Positions 11,200-20,868 of a DNA stretch of 64,000 nucleotides are shown piece by piece. This DNA comes from an uncultured Chloroflexia bacterium (GTDB lineage Bacteria; Chloroflexota; Chloroflexia; QHBQ01; JADMIH01). The DNA lies in contig CAWCNY010000001.1 in assembly GCA_963797095.1 (NCBI GenBank), positions 256,001 through 320,000 on the forward strand, in the 5' to 3' direction. The notes beneath the pieces were generated by a model. The model was given only the letters and a program-made list of their open reading frames with translations. It ran no database searches and had not been told where the DNA came from. The translations under genes were made by a program, and so were the position numbers. The first letter of the stretch is position 1. The number at the start of each line of letters is the position of its first letter.

Positions 11200-11241
11200 T
11201 GGAGTGTTACGAGCAGCTATCTGGCCGCTCGTAACACTCCA
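11200..11241 (+). terminator. Strong intergenic hairpin
   Basis: TGGAGTGTTACGAGC / GCTCGTAACACTCCA perfect 15-bp stem. Confidence 0.5.
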
Positions 11242-11375
11242 AACCCGAAGTCGACCCGATGACGTCGCAGCCGAATAGACAAAGATATAGCTGCAATAGT
11301 CCCGAGGTTTTTGAAGGAAGCATAAGTTCGAATAAACAGTCCGAACCAAGCACACTAATGGAAGGAGACAAACAA

Positions 11376-12155
11376 ATGAACCCCGACAGGCATACTGCCC
11401 CAACCTCCGAGGTTGCAGCCTCAACCAGGAAGTTCGCGATAGCAGCAGGTGTGTGCTACCTGATCACCCATGTCACATCGGTCAGCGCCCCATTCCTCTA
11501 CGGCCCCATCCTGAATAATGCCGGTTTCATCTTGGCTTCGCACTCAGACGTTGGAGTGCTGGTGGGAGCAATCTTTGATCTAATCTGCGGCATGGCCATC
11601 ATCGGCACCGCAGTAGCCCTCTTTCCGGTGGTCAAGAGGCAAAATGAAGGGATTGCGCTAGGCTACGTGGGCTTGCGCACCCTCGAAGCCGGGATTATTG
11701 CTGTGGGTGCCCTCTCCATCCTCGCTGCTGTTACCCTGCGCCAGATGGGAACTGCCACTGACCCAGCCACGCTCGCTACCCTCGGAAGTGTCCTCTCGGG
11801 TATGTACAAGTGGACCGCTATGCTCGGACCCGGCCTTGTGTGCGGAGTAAACACAGTGCTGATGGCTTACCTGATGTACACGTCTCGCCTGGTGCCTCGC
11901 TTCATACCCGTGCTCGGACTGGTGGGAGGTCCCCTGGTATTCGCATATAACGCCGCCATGATGTTCGGCCTCACCAACCAGATCCAGGCTTGGGCCGCAA
12001 TCCTGGTGATCCCGATTTTCACCTGGGAAGTTTCCCTTGCCCTCCGGCTCATCGTCAAAGGGTTCAAGCCAGCTGCATTGTCGTCGATGTCCTCGAGGTC
12101 TTCCAGCGCCACCTCTGTAAGTGCTGTGCCGAATGAGCTACTGGGTTCGGCATAG
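11376..12155 (+). CDS. DUF4386-family membrane protein
   Basis: AGVCYLIT..GTAVALFPVVKRQNEGIALGYVGLRTLEA..SRLVPRFIPVLGLVG..WEVSLALRLIVKGF; GAAGGAG RBS before ATG 11376. Confidence 0.75.
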   Translation: MNPDRHTAPTSEVAASTRKFAIAAGVCYLITHVTSVSAPFLYGPILNNAGFILASHSDVGVLVGAIFDLICGMAIIGTAVALFPVVKRQNEGIALGYVGLRTLEAGIIAVGALSILAAVTLRQMGTATDPATLATLGSVLSGMYKWTAMLGPGLVCGVNTVLMAYLMYTSRLVPRFIPVLGLVGGPLVFAYNAAMMFGLTNQIQAWAAILVIPIFTWEVSLALRLIVKGFKPAALSSMSSRSSSATSVSAVPNELLGSA

Positions 12156-12189
12156 ATGACCTGCGATATATGCGATGGGTGCATGCGTA

Positions 12190-12911
12190 ACAACAACGGA
12201 ACTCGTGTGGGTGCGTGAGACGCGCTGGGAGATCGAGGAGGGCTTTGCACAACTGAAGGGCGAGATCGGACTAGACCAGGGCGAGGTACGCCACTGGGAG
12301 GCCTGGTACCCCTGGGTACCGCTTCGTGACCCTGTGCCTGCTGGCACACGCCTACGTCGTCGTGTTGCGACTGCACGCCAGACCAACGGATGGCGAGATG
12401 GCGGACACGTGCGTCGAGGCGGATGCGCAGGACCTCCTTCCGCTCACCGTGCCTGAAGTCCGGCGCTTGGTGCTGGCGCTCGCTGGTGCATCGGCGCAGC
12501 GGGCATTTCTTCTGGGCTGGTTGCGGTGGCGCCGCCGGCATCAGGCAGCTGCAGCGCGGAGTCGAGCCGCATATGCTGGGTCCTGCCGCCTTCCGCCAAC
12601 CAAAGTGAGTGTGACCCCGGTAGCAGCGGTACCGGGTGCTGGGCTGACCGATGCCGAATGGGTCCTGGTCGAGCCGCTGGTCCCGCCACAGCGCCCAGCC
12701 ACAGGACGGCCGCGGCATGACCATCGTACCGTGCTCAGCGGGATTGTATGGGTGATCCGACGGGGTGCATCTTGGCGTGCGCTACCCAAAGCCTGTGGGA
12801 AGTGGGAAGTGGGAGACAGCCTACAAGCGTTACCAACTGTGGCGCGCAGAGGGACGCTGGGAGCGCATCGCAGACGCCCTGGGGATCGAGGAGCGTGAAG
12901 TGGCGCTGTAG
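12190..12911 (+). mobile_element. IS701-family transposase C-terminal remnant followed in frame by an IS5-like (DUF4096) domain, frameshifted
   Basis: RWEIEEGFAQLKGEIGLDQGEVRHW..LTVPEVRRL..WRRRHQ (IS701), then LTDAEWVLVEPLVP..GRPRHDHRTVLSGIVWVIRRGASWRALP (DUF4096); ends GTGGCGCTGTAG. Confidence 0.75.
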
Positions 12912-13421
12912 GGCCTCCCTTTCTTTGGGACTACACCCCTGGTCTATGTCTATTACTCTCACCAATATCATGCCCCGGTAAGCGGTACCCAATACATATG
13001 ATGTTTCACGCTTTGCTGGTCACTGCTCGGCGCTTATGGTGACTTGAATCGTCACTTACACCGCCTTGTGCTCTTACGACTTTCATGGCTTTTCATGGTT
13101 ACGAGCAGGGCGATGTCCCTAAGCAGTCGCGGCCCACCTCCCCTGGCCGATGCCCAAAACGCTTGACGCTTTCCGAGCACATGGCAGATAATGTTTTGCG
13201 AAAAGAACTTATCTATTCATCGATGTGGCCAGTCGAGGATGGGCTATCAGCTATCGTGGACTAGTGCTCACCCAGCATTCCTGAGCCTATTCCCTACTTA
13301 CATCGCGCATATGGGCGAGGAGCGCGAGTGCGCACGATGCCGGTGTTGGTGTATAGGCATGGGCATGGATCGTGGCAGCAGTTGACCTGCCGCATAGTTG
13401 ATCGGTAATGGGAACTGCGTA

Positions 13422-15224
13422 ATGAAAACGGTGATTATAGGTGGTGTGGCTGCGGGAATGTCTGCCGCCGCGCGATTGCGACAACTCGATGAAAACGCCG
13501 AAATAGTGGTCCTCGAACGGGACCACTACGTCTCGTATGCGAACTGCGGCTTGCCTTACCATATCGGAGGCGAAATAGCCGACCGCGAGAAGTTGCTGAT
13601 TGTCACGCCCGACCACCTGCGCACGACCCTCGCCATCGACGTGCGTACGGGGCACGAGGTCACAGCTATTGACCGCGCTGCCAGGACCGTCACGGTAAGA
13701 GAGCAATTGCACGGTGAGGCTGAACGGGTCTACACCGAGACTTACGACACCCTTGTGCTTGCTCTGGGCGCCGAGCCGGTTCGCCTGCCGGTGCCCGGGG
13801 CCGACCACCCGCGTATCTTTACTCTGCGCACGATCCCCGATATGGACCACATCAAGGCGCAAGTCGACGCTGGTGCTGCTGGTGCTGCTGGTGCTGCTGG
13901 TGCTGCTGGTGCTGCTGGTGCTGCTGGTGCTGCCCGCGCGGTGGTAATTGGCGCCAGTTACATCGGGGTGGAAATGGTCGAGGCGCTGCACAGGCGCGGC
14001 CTCTCGGTTGACCTCGTTGAACTACAGGACCAGGTTATGCCTCTGCTCGATTCGGAGATGGCTGCTGACCTGCGCTATCACATGGAAGCCAAGGGTGTGA
14101 AGGTGCATACCGGCACTGCTGCCGGCGAGTTTGCCGGTGTCGGCGGCCGCGTCAAAGTGGCCCTCGCGGACGGCACCACACTGCTGGCGGATCTGGTGGT
14201 CGCGGCGGTAGGTGTGCGCCCTGTGTCCGCCCTGGCAAAGGAGGCGGGGCTAGAGCTCGGCCCTCGCGGCGGCATAAAGGTCGATTCACATATGCGCACC
14301 TCCGACCCGAACGTCTACGCAGTAGGCGATATGGTGGAGGTTGTAGATACAGTAACAGGTGAGAGTTCGCTCATAGCGCTCGCGGGCCCGGCCAACCGGC
14401 AGGGACGCATCGTGGCCGATAACATTGCAGGTCGTGACAGCTCTTATACCACCACGCAAGGCACCGCCATCGTGCGGATATTTGACATAGTGGGCGCTAT
14501 AACGGGAGCGTCCGAAAAGGCGCTGAAGCGTACCGGGCGACCCTACCGCAAAGTCTATCTGCACCCCTCAAGCCACGCAGGATACTACCCTGGCGCCTCA
14601 CCGATGCATATGAAGCTGCTCTTCTCGCCCGCGGACGGCAGACTATTGGGGGCGCAGATCGTCGGCTTCGACGGCGTCGACAAGCGCATCGACGTGCTGG
14701 CAACGGCCCTTCGGGCGGGGATGACAGTATATGACCTGGAGCACCTGGAACTTGCTTACTCTCCTCCCTACGGCTCGGCGAAAGATCCGGTCAACATGGC
14801 AGGGTTCGTCGCCTCTAATCTACTCCGCGGAGATGTGGGGTTCTGGTACGCCGAAGACTACCCTCACCTTACAGCGGACGCGCTTTTTGTTGATGTGCGC
14901 AGCCTGCAAGAGTACGACGAGTGGCACATTGAAGGGGCGGCCCACTTCCCACTTCCGGAGTTGCGTGACCGCCTGGATGAACTGAGCGCTCTCTCGGCGG
15001 GCAGGCGAGTGCTGGTCTATTGCACGGTTGGGTTTCGCAGCTACCTGGCGTATCGAATCCTCGAACAAAGCGGCTTCGCAAACGTTGCGACCCTGGCGGG
15101 TGGCGGCCAGACCTTTGCGTGCTATCACCCCTCTCCGCTGGGGACCGGACTCCAGACCGAACCCTTCGTTGCTCATGCTGAGGAAGACGTGCATGCCCTT
15201 TACGAGCTGGCCGGTGAGATCTGA
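13422..15224 (+). CDS. CoA-disulfide reductase-rhodanese fusion (CoADR-RHD / persulfide reductase)
   Basis: IIGGVAAGMSAAAR, redox Cys in SYANCGLPY, YAVGD, ELAYSPPY, C-terminal rhodanese DVR..YCTVGFRS. Confidence 0.9.
   Translation: MKTVIIGGVAAGMSAAARLRQLDENAEIVVLERDHYVSYANCGLPYHIGGEIADREKLLIVTPDHLRTTLAIDVRTGHEVTAIDRAARTVTVREQLHGEAERVYTETYDTLVLALGAEPVRLPVPGADHPRIFTLRTIPDMDHIKAQVDAGAAGAAGAAGAAGAAGAAGAARAVVIGASYIGVEMVEALHRRGLSVDLVELQDQVMPLLDSEMAADLRYHMEAKGVKVHTGTAAGEFAGVGGRVKVALADGTTLLADLVVAAVGVRPVSALAKEAGLELGPRGGIKVDSHMRTSDPNVYAVGDMVEVVDTVTGESSLIALAGPANRQGRIVADNIAGRDSSYTTTQGTAIVRIFDIVGAITGASEKALKRTGRPYRKVYLHPSSHAGYYPGASPMHMKLLFSPADGRLLGAQIVGFDGVDKRIDVLATALRAGMTVYDLEHLELAYSPPYGSAKDPVNMAGFVASNLLRGDVGFWYAEDYPHLTADALFVDVRSLQEYDEWHIEGAAHFPLPELRDRLDELSALSAGRRVLVYCTVGFRSYLAYRILEQSGFANVATLAGGGQTFACYHPSPLGTGLQTEPFVAHAEEDVHALYELAGEI
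13869..13931 (+). repeat. 9-bp tandem repeat GCTGGTGCT x7, in frame (AGA)7
   Basis: Seven perfect units just before the NAD-binding VVIGASYIG motif. Confidence 0.95.
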
Positions 15225-15401
15225 GTATCGAGCCTGCTGTAGCCGGCGGGCGGTCACGGAGTTGCGGTAAGGGTCGAAGAAGAGGCGAAATCCTGACGCC
15301 ATGACCGGCGCAGGGACCCGTTCCCAGAGGCGCACGCAGAGGCGCACGCAGCCTGGGTACTTCGAGGATAGAGATCCAGGCGTCAGGCGCCGTAGGCCCT
15401 T

Positions 15402-15478
15402 AACCTGCCGAGGTGCAAGCGCACCTCGGCAGGTTGAGATGTTCGGTTGCCCATCGCCATCCCGATGGCGATGGGCAA
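15402..15478. terminator. Twin hairpins between convergent genes
   Basis: AACCTGCCGAGGTGC-aagc-GCACCTCGGCAGGTT (15402-15435) and TTGCCCATCGCCATC-cc-GATGGCGATGGGCAA (15447-15478). Confidence 0.65.
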
Positions 15479-15505
15479 GTAGTGAGCGCCGTGGAGGTCG
15501 ATCTT

Positions 15506-15973
15506 CTACGCCAGCTGGGTGCTCAGGTAGCTCTCAAGTCCCATCTGCTCGATCTGAGCCCGCTGCTTCTCTCCCCAGTCCAGGTGCCCTTCTTCCATCT
15601 TGAGGATCGTGGTCAGCAAGTCCGCTGTAGCCTGATCCTCCGAGTCATGTGCCAGGCGGATGGCGGCATTGTAGGCGGTCACCGCCGCCGCCTCAGCCTC
15701 ATCATCGTTGCCGATGAATTGTACCACGCTCTTGCCGATGTGTATCGGGTTGAGTTGGGACACAATGGGAGTGCCTCCCAGGAAGATAATGCGTTGGATA
15801 AGCCATTCGGCATGGTGCATCTCGTCGATAGCCTGATGCTCAATGGCTTCGTGCAGTTTGCCGTAGCCCCAGTTCTCGCACATCTCTGAGTGCACCATGT
15901 ACTGGCTGATGGCAGTTAGCTCGTCGGCCAGCAGGTGGTTGAGCACCGTTAGCAGCTTCTCGTTACCCTTCAT
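15506..15973 (-). CDS. bfr: Bacterioferritin
   Basis: MKGNEKLL..LADELTAISQYMVHS..IDEMHHAE..EEGHLDW..QIEQMGLESYL; ferroxidase residues and heme Met present. Confidence 0.93.
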   Translation of the reverse strand: MKGNEKLLTVLNHLLADELTAISQYMVHSEMCENWGYGKLHEAIEHQAIDEMHHAEWLIQRIIFLGGTPIVSQLNPIHIGKSVVQFIGNDDEAEAAAVTAYNAAIRLAHDSEDQATADLLTTILKMEEGHLDWGEKQRAQIEQMGLESYLSTQLA

Positions 15974-16542
15974 TTTCCATGTTCTCCTTCCGTTTTCACT
16001 TTTCACTCTTCTCTTTTTGGGCTCTCACTGCCACAACACCGCCACTCCACTTCACGGCTACTCCGCGATCAAATCACGCCTTTCGATTTCCAGTGCCCGC
16101 CGTGCCGTGGTTACATAACCATTGAGTGGCTCCGGGCCGGCAAATCGCGGCGCGGTTCGGTCTCAACCCGAATGGCAGCCTGATGTCTCTGTAGCCGGAG
16201 GGCCGCCGTGGCCCGCGGTCAGCCTTGCACAGTGAGGGTGCGGTGACACTTTGTTCCATCCTAGCGTACGGAGGTGACGCACAGAGTGTAAATAGGTAAA
16301 AGCTGAGTTTAATATGATCGGGGCAGGAAAAGGGAAGTCCACGCGGTTTCGACGGATCGATTGCGAAGCCCAGCGCAATGGGCACTATGAGGCATCGCTG
16401 TCAGATTTGTGATTCACATAAACGGCCAGTGTGTCCCGTTTCCACTGAAGGCCGGGCGCGTTCTCCTCGACGGGTTCCGCTCCTTGCAGGCCCGGGGGGA
16501 GAGCCTGGATAGTGCGGATACCTCATCTAAGCTCAGTTGGGG

Positions 16543-17615
16543 TCAGGCCGCCTCTCGATAGTAGTCGTGGATGATGCCGCCGAGTACGTCCCGACATCTC
16601 ACCGGGCCTTCTTTGTGGGCGTGCTCGATGGGTATTGGAGAACGCTGCTCCACGCCTTGGTGGGGTCGCCTGCCGTTGTAATAAGCCGCGTACTCGCCCA
16701 TTACCCGCCGTAGGTGTCCTTCACCCAGTATCAGTAAGCGGTCCAAGCATTCCTCCCGCACTGAGCGGACCCAGCGCTCAGCGAAGGCATTTGCCCGCGG
16801 CGCCCGGTACGGCGTCTTGATGATTTCTATGTCTTCCGCTTCAAACACCCATCGAAGCTCGCAGTGAACTTCGCATCCCGGTCGTGGATAAGGAATCGCA
16901 TGGGTGGTCGCCCTTCTCGCTCTTCTTGCTCCTGTTGCAGTGTCCAGGTGAGGTTACGGGCTTGTTGGGTGACCCACTCCTCTGTTGGGTGGGGAGTGCA
17001 ACCGGCGTGTGCTAAGCTCTATAAAGAACAGCACGTAGAGGGTCTTGAGCCAGGCTGTCTCGACGGTGAACATGTCGCAAGCCAGGAACTGCTCCCGATA
17101 GTGACCCAGGAAGGAGCGCCAACTACTGCCCTTTCTTGCTCGCTCGGGAGCAGGCGGAACTTGCTGGCGTTTCAGTATGTCTCTTACTGTCGAGCGCCCA
17201 ATTCGGTGGTCAAGTTTGATAAGCTCTCCATGCAGCTTACTATAACCCCAACTTGGGTTCTCCTGAGCCAGGCGTAAGAGTAGGTTGGCCAATTCAGGGT
17301 CGGTTGCATGACGCGGGGAAAAGCCGTGCCGCTTGAGAGTCCACTTGCGGCGCACCAACTCGCAGGCCACCGCAGGAGGGTATCGGGCTTGAAAAGCAAG
17401 GAGACGTGGTTCAAGCGTTCCCGGCCCTCTCGCCCGATGGCTGTAAATCTAGCAGCAAGGACCGCCAAACCGAACTTCTCCCAACGAGAGATGTGTGGAG
17501 TGGTGGGATGACGGCGTTGTAGGATACGGAGTTGCTGACGGAGTAACAGTATCTGCAAGTCCTTGTGGCGTTCGGAGCGACGGGTGAGTTGGGTGATGGC
17601 GAATAGGTCAAGCAA
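16543..17615 (-). mobile_element. Integrase-core (IS481/IS3-like) transposase pseudogene
   Basis: Frameshifted pieces KDLQILLLRQQL..KPDTLLRW, RLAQENPSWGYSKLHGEL, ACDMFTVET..LYVLFFIE, PRANAFAERWVRSVREECLDR..YNGRRPHQG..LGGIIHDY. Confidence 0.85.
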
Positions 17616-18069
17616 TAAGGAAGTGAGCAGACGGCGTCAGCTACCCGGCGTCAACTACTCGTGGAGTGAGAATAGCTACTCCGTTGACGTGCGCTTTCGT
17701 GGCCGCAAGGAGACCATCTTGACCAATTCCGCAAGCCTGACGATGCGCTCGTCAAGAGTGCCCTCTGCCCGGACGCCGAACATTCTAAGGGCCAGCCTTA
17801 CAGGCGTTCCTCTGGGGGGGTGTAACGTGCAATAACTCATCCGCATTCGAATGGTGCCTATGGGGTCGTTTTTGGAGGTCACAATGGACGGTACCAGAAA
17901 TATGCGTTGTATGATTCACACACATGAGTTTTGGCACTCTGGCTGAGATGGACTCGCCGGAAAATATCGTGCAGCCTCCGCAAAAGGCTCTGCAGGACCC
18001 CCCCGGCAATAGTCTCTCAGTCGGACAACAGAAGTCAGTCATCTCTGATTTCTGATTCTGATAGCAATA

Positions 18070-18088
18070 GGGGCGGCTATGCCGCCCC
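18070..18088 (-). terminator. Hairpin downstream of glutamate dehydrogenase
   Basis: GGGGCGGC-tat-GCCGCCCC. Confidence 0.5.
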
Positions 18089-18115
18089 CATCGTGATGGC
18101 GTACCCTTCGTTGGT

Positions 18116-19390
18116 CTACGGGAAGACCCCTCTCAAGCGCGTAACCTCGGCCACGCGGCCGATGGCGAGCATGTAGGCGCCGATGCGCATGTTGACGTTG
18201 TTGTTCTGGGCGGTCTCGTAGACGTCCTTGAAGGAGCGCTTCATTACCTTCTCCAGCTTCTCGTTGACATCGTCCTCGGCCCAATAGTAGCCCTCGATGT
18301 TCTGTGCCCACTCAAAGTAGGAGACAGTGACGCCGCCTGCATTGGCGAGGATATCAGGGAGGACCATGATGCCTTTGTCGTAGAGGATCTTGTCGGCTTC
18401 GGGAGTGGTGGGGCCGTTGGCGGCTTCGGCTATCATTTTGGCTTTGATGCGCCCGGCGTTTTCTGCCGTTATGACGCTCTCAAGAGCGGCGGGAACCAGG
18501 ATATCGCACTCGAGCTCCAGCAGTTCTGCGTTAGTGATCGGATCGGTACCTGGGAAGCCGACCACGGAGCCGTGCTCTTGCTTGTAGAGGAAGGCACCGG
18601 TGGGATTGATCCCCTTCGGCGAGTAGATGCCCCCCTGGCTATCGGATACGGCCAGGATTATGGCCCCGTCTTCTGCCAGCAGCCTTGCTGCGATGGCGCC
18701 TGCATTGCCGAAGCCCTGCACTACCACGGTAGCGCCTTCGAGCTTCATGCCCTGGGTCTTTACCGCCTCGCGCACGACATACTGGAGGCCACGGGCTGTG
18801 GCTTCGTTGCGCCCCAGCGAGCCTTCGAGGGCGATAGGCTTGCCGGTGATAAGGCCTGGGATCGGATAGCCTCTCATCATTGATACAGTGTCCATAATCC
18901 AGGCCATTGTCTGGGCGTTAGTGTTGACGTCGGGGGCCGGGATGTCAATCTCGGGGCCGATGATTGGAGCGATCTCGGCGGCATAGCGGCGAGTGAGGCG
19001 CTCAAGTTCGTTCATACTCAGCTGCTTGGGATCTACAATGACCCCGCCCTTAGCCCCACCGTAGGGGATGCCGACCACCGCGCACTTCCATGTCATCCAC
19101 ATGGAAAGGGCCTTCACCTCGTCCAGCGTCACGTCCTGGTGGTAGCGGATGCCACCCTTGGCCGGACCCCTGGTGAGCGAGTGCTGCACCCGGAAGCCGG
19201 TGAAAACCTTGTTGGTGCCGTCGTCCATGCGCACCGAGAAGTGCACTATCAACTCGCGCTTGGGCTGGGAGAGGATCTGCTTCATCCCTTCGTCCAGGTT
19301 GAGTCTCTCGGCGGCGGCCATAAACTGGTCGACCGCAATCTCGTAAGGATTGGGTTTTGCCTGTGCCTGTAGTACCTTCTCTGCGTACAT
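18116..19390 (-). CDS. gdhA: Glu/Leu/Phe/Val dehydrogenase (glutamate dehydrogenase)
   Basis: RGPAKGGIRYH, MTWKCA, GGAKGG, DIPAPDVNT, VQGFGNAG, EAANGPTT, ANAGGVTVSYFEW. Confidence 0.93.
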   Translation of the reverse strand: MYAEKVLQAQAKPNPYEIAVDQFMAAAERLNLDEGMKQILSQPKRELIVHFSVRMDDGTNKVFTGFRVQHSLTRGPAKGGIRYHQDVTLDEVKALSMWMTWKCAVVGIPYGGAKGGVIVDPKQLSMNELERLTRRYAAEIAPIIGPEIDIPAPDVNTNAQTMAWIMDTVSMMRGYPIPGLITGKPIALEGSLGRNEATARGLQYVVREAVKTQGMKLEGATVVVQGFGNAGAIAARLLAEDGAIILAVSDSQGGIYSPKGINPTGAFLYKQEHGSVVGFPGTDPITNAELLELECDILVPAALESVITAENAGRIKAKMIAEAANGPTTPEADKILYDKGIMVLPDILANAGGVTVSYFEWAQNIEGYYWAEDDVNEKLEKVMKRSFKDVYETAQNNNVNMRIGAYMLAIGRVAEVTRLRGVFP

Positions 19391-19442
19391 TGGTGTTTCT
19401 CCTTGATTTAATATTTGTCTATTCCTAGATTGCCGGAGGTCT

Positions 19443-19732
19443 GGAAGTGTCAGAACTCAGAAACAGAGACTGCCTTGAGAACGGCGCCAACACTCGTGAT
19501 GGTCGCGCTATACTCCCACGTTAACAGTAGTGGACAAGGGTTACAAAACAGGTAGACCTGGGTACACGGAAGGTGACAAAGGCAGACGAACAGCACGCAT
19601 AGCTGTCCTGGCGGAAGTGTCAGCACTCAGGACAGGGCCATGAAAACCGACCCAGATGCGAGCATATTCACGCTTGCAAGGCAACCAACAAACGCCTGTT
19701 TATAGCCTTGTGCCCTGAGTTCTGACACTTCC
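19443..19732. mobile_element. IS6-derived miniature element(s), no transposase
   Basis: GGAAGTGTCAGAACTCAG at 19443, GGAAGTGTCAGCACTCAGG at 19613 and inverted CCTGAGTTCTGACACTTCC at 19714-19732; same motif as the IS6 ends at 4093, 6187 and 33825. Confidence 0.65.
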
Positions 19733-19853
19733 GGTCTGGTAGCTATGTGACTCTCTTCCACAAACGCGGTGAAATCGGGCATGCGTGGATTGGAGGCGTG
19801 CCAGAAAGGCGGCCTGCCCAGCCACTTGACGGCAAAACATTCGCTCTACCTGA

Positions 19854-20858
19854 CTATCGGTGCGTCGGCCGCCTGAAACTCTGGAGGGCGCGCACGTACT
19901 GGGCGCGCTCAAAGGCGGCAGGGTCGGGGCTGTTGCGCTGGCTCATGCTGGCGTGCATCTGACCCACCGACTCATATTCATACTCGCCCATCCAGTCCAG
20001 TATCTCCGTCTCGATCACCGAAATGTGTTGGATGCCACGCCGCAGCAGGGCTGAGCAAAGCATAGTGACATTGGCCCCGGCCATGACCATCTTAATGGCG
20101 TCTTGGCCCGTATGGATGCCCCCCGACGCCGCAAGGTCCACCCTCACACGCCCCTGCAGCATGGCGATCCAGCGCAGAGGCAGGCGCAACGCCTGGGGTG
20201 TGCTCAGGAGGATGTGCGGGCGCACCTCCAGGTGCTTGAGGTCGATATCGGGCTGGTAGAAGCGATTGAACAGCACCAGGGCATCGGCCCCTGCCCGGTC
20301 CAGCCGCCCGGCCATGTGCGCCAGGTTGCTAAAGAACGGCCCCAGTTTTACTGCCAATGGGATGCGTAACTTGCTCTTGACCGCTTCCACGATGTCTATG
20401 TACAGTTGCTCCACCTCGGCAGCGTGGGTGTCAATGTTGTTAGGGAGATAGAAGATGTTGAGTTCAAGGGCATCGGCCCCCGCCTGCTCGATATTGGCTG
20501 CATAGTCGGTCCAACCGCCCAGGGAGACTCCGTTCAGACTGGCGATTACCGGGATGCTCACCATCTCCTTCGCCTTGCGAATGTGTTCCAGATACTCCTC
20601 CGGCCCGACTTGGAACTCGGATGGCTCAGGAAAATAGGTGAGAGCTTCGGCGAAGCTGTCAGTGTGCGCGGTCAAATGGTAGTAAAGGTCGTGGCGCTCC
20701 TGCTCGATCTGCTCTTCGAACAACGAATGCAGCACGACCGCAGCCGCCCCCGCGTCCTCCATTCGCTTGATATTGCCTACGTCCTCAGAGAGAGGCGACG
20801 CCGAGGGTACGAGCGGGGTTCGCAGCTTCATGCCCATATATGTGGTGGACAGGTCCAT
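19854..20858 (-). CDS. Dihydroorotate dehydrogenase-like flavoprotein (nifJ-associated)
   Basis: MDLSTTYMGMKLRTPLVPSASPL, SLFEEQI, DALELN, PLAVKL, LFNRFYQPDID, SGGIH, AFERAQY. Confidence 0.9.
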   Translation of the reverse strand: MDLSTTYMGMKLRTPLVPSASPLSEDVGNIKRMEDAGAAAVVLHSLFEEQIEQERHDLYYHLTAHTDSFAEALTYFPEPSEFQVGPEEYLEHIRKAKEMVSIPVIASLNGVSLGGWTDYAANIEQAGADALELNIFYLPNNIDTHAAEVEQLYIDIVEAVKSKLRIPLAVKLGPFFSNLAHMAGRLDRAGADALVLFNRFYQPDIDLKHLEVRPHILLSTPQALRLPLRWIAMLQGRVRVDLAASGGIHTGQDAIKMVMAGANVTMLCSALLRRGIQHISVIETEILDWMGEYEYESVGQMHASMSQRNSPDPAAFERAQYVRALQSFRRPTHR

Positions 20859-20868
20859 TGATTGCCTC

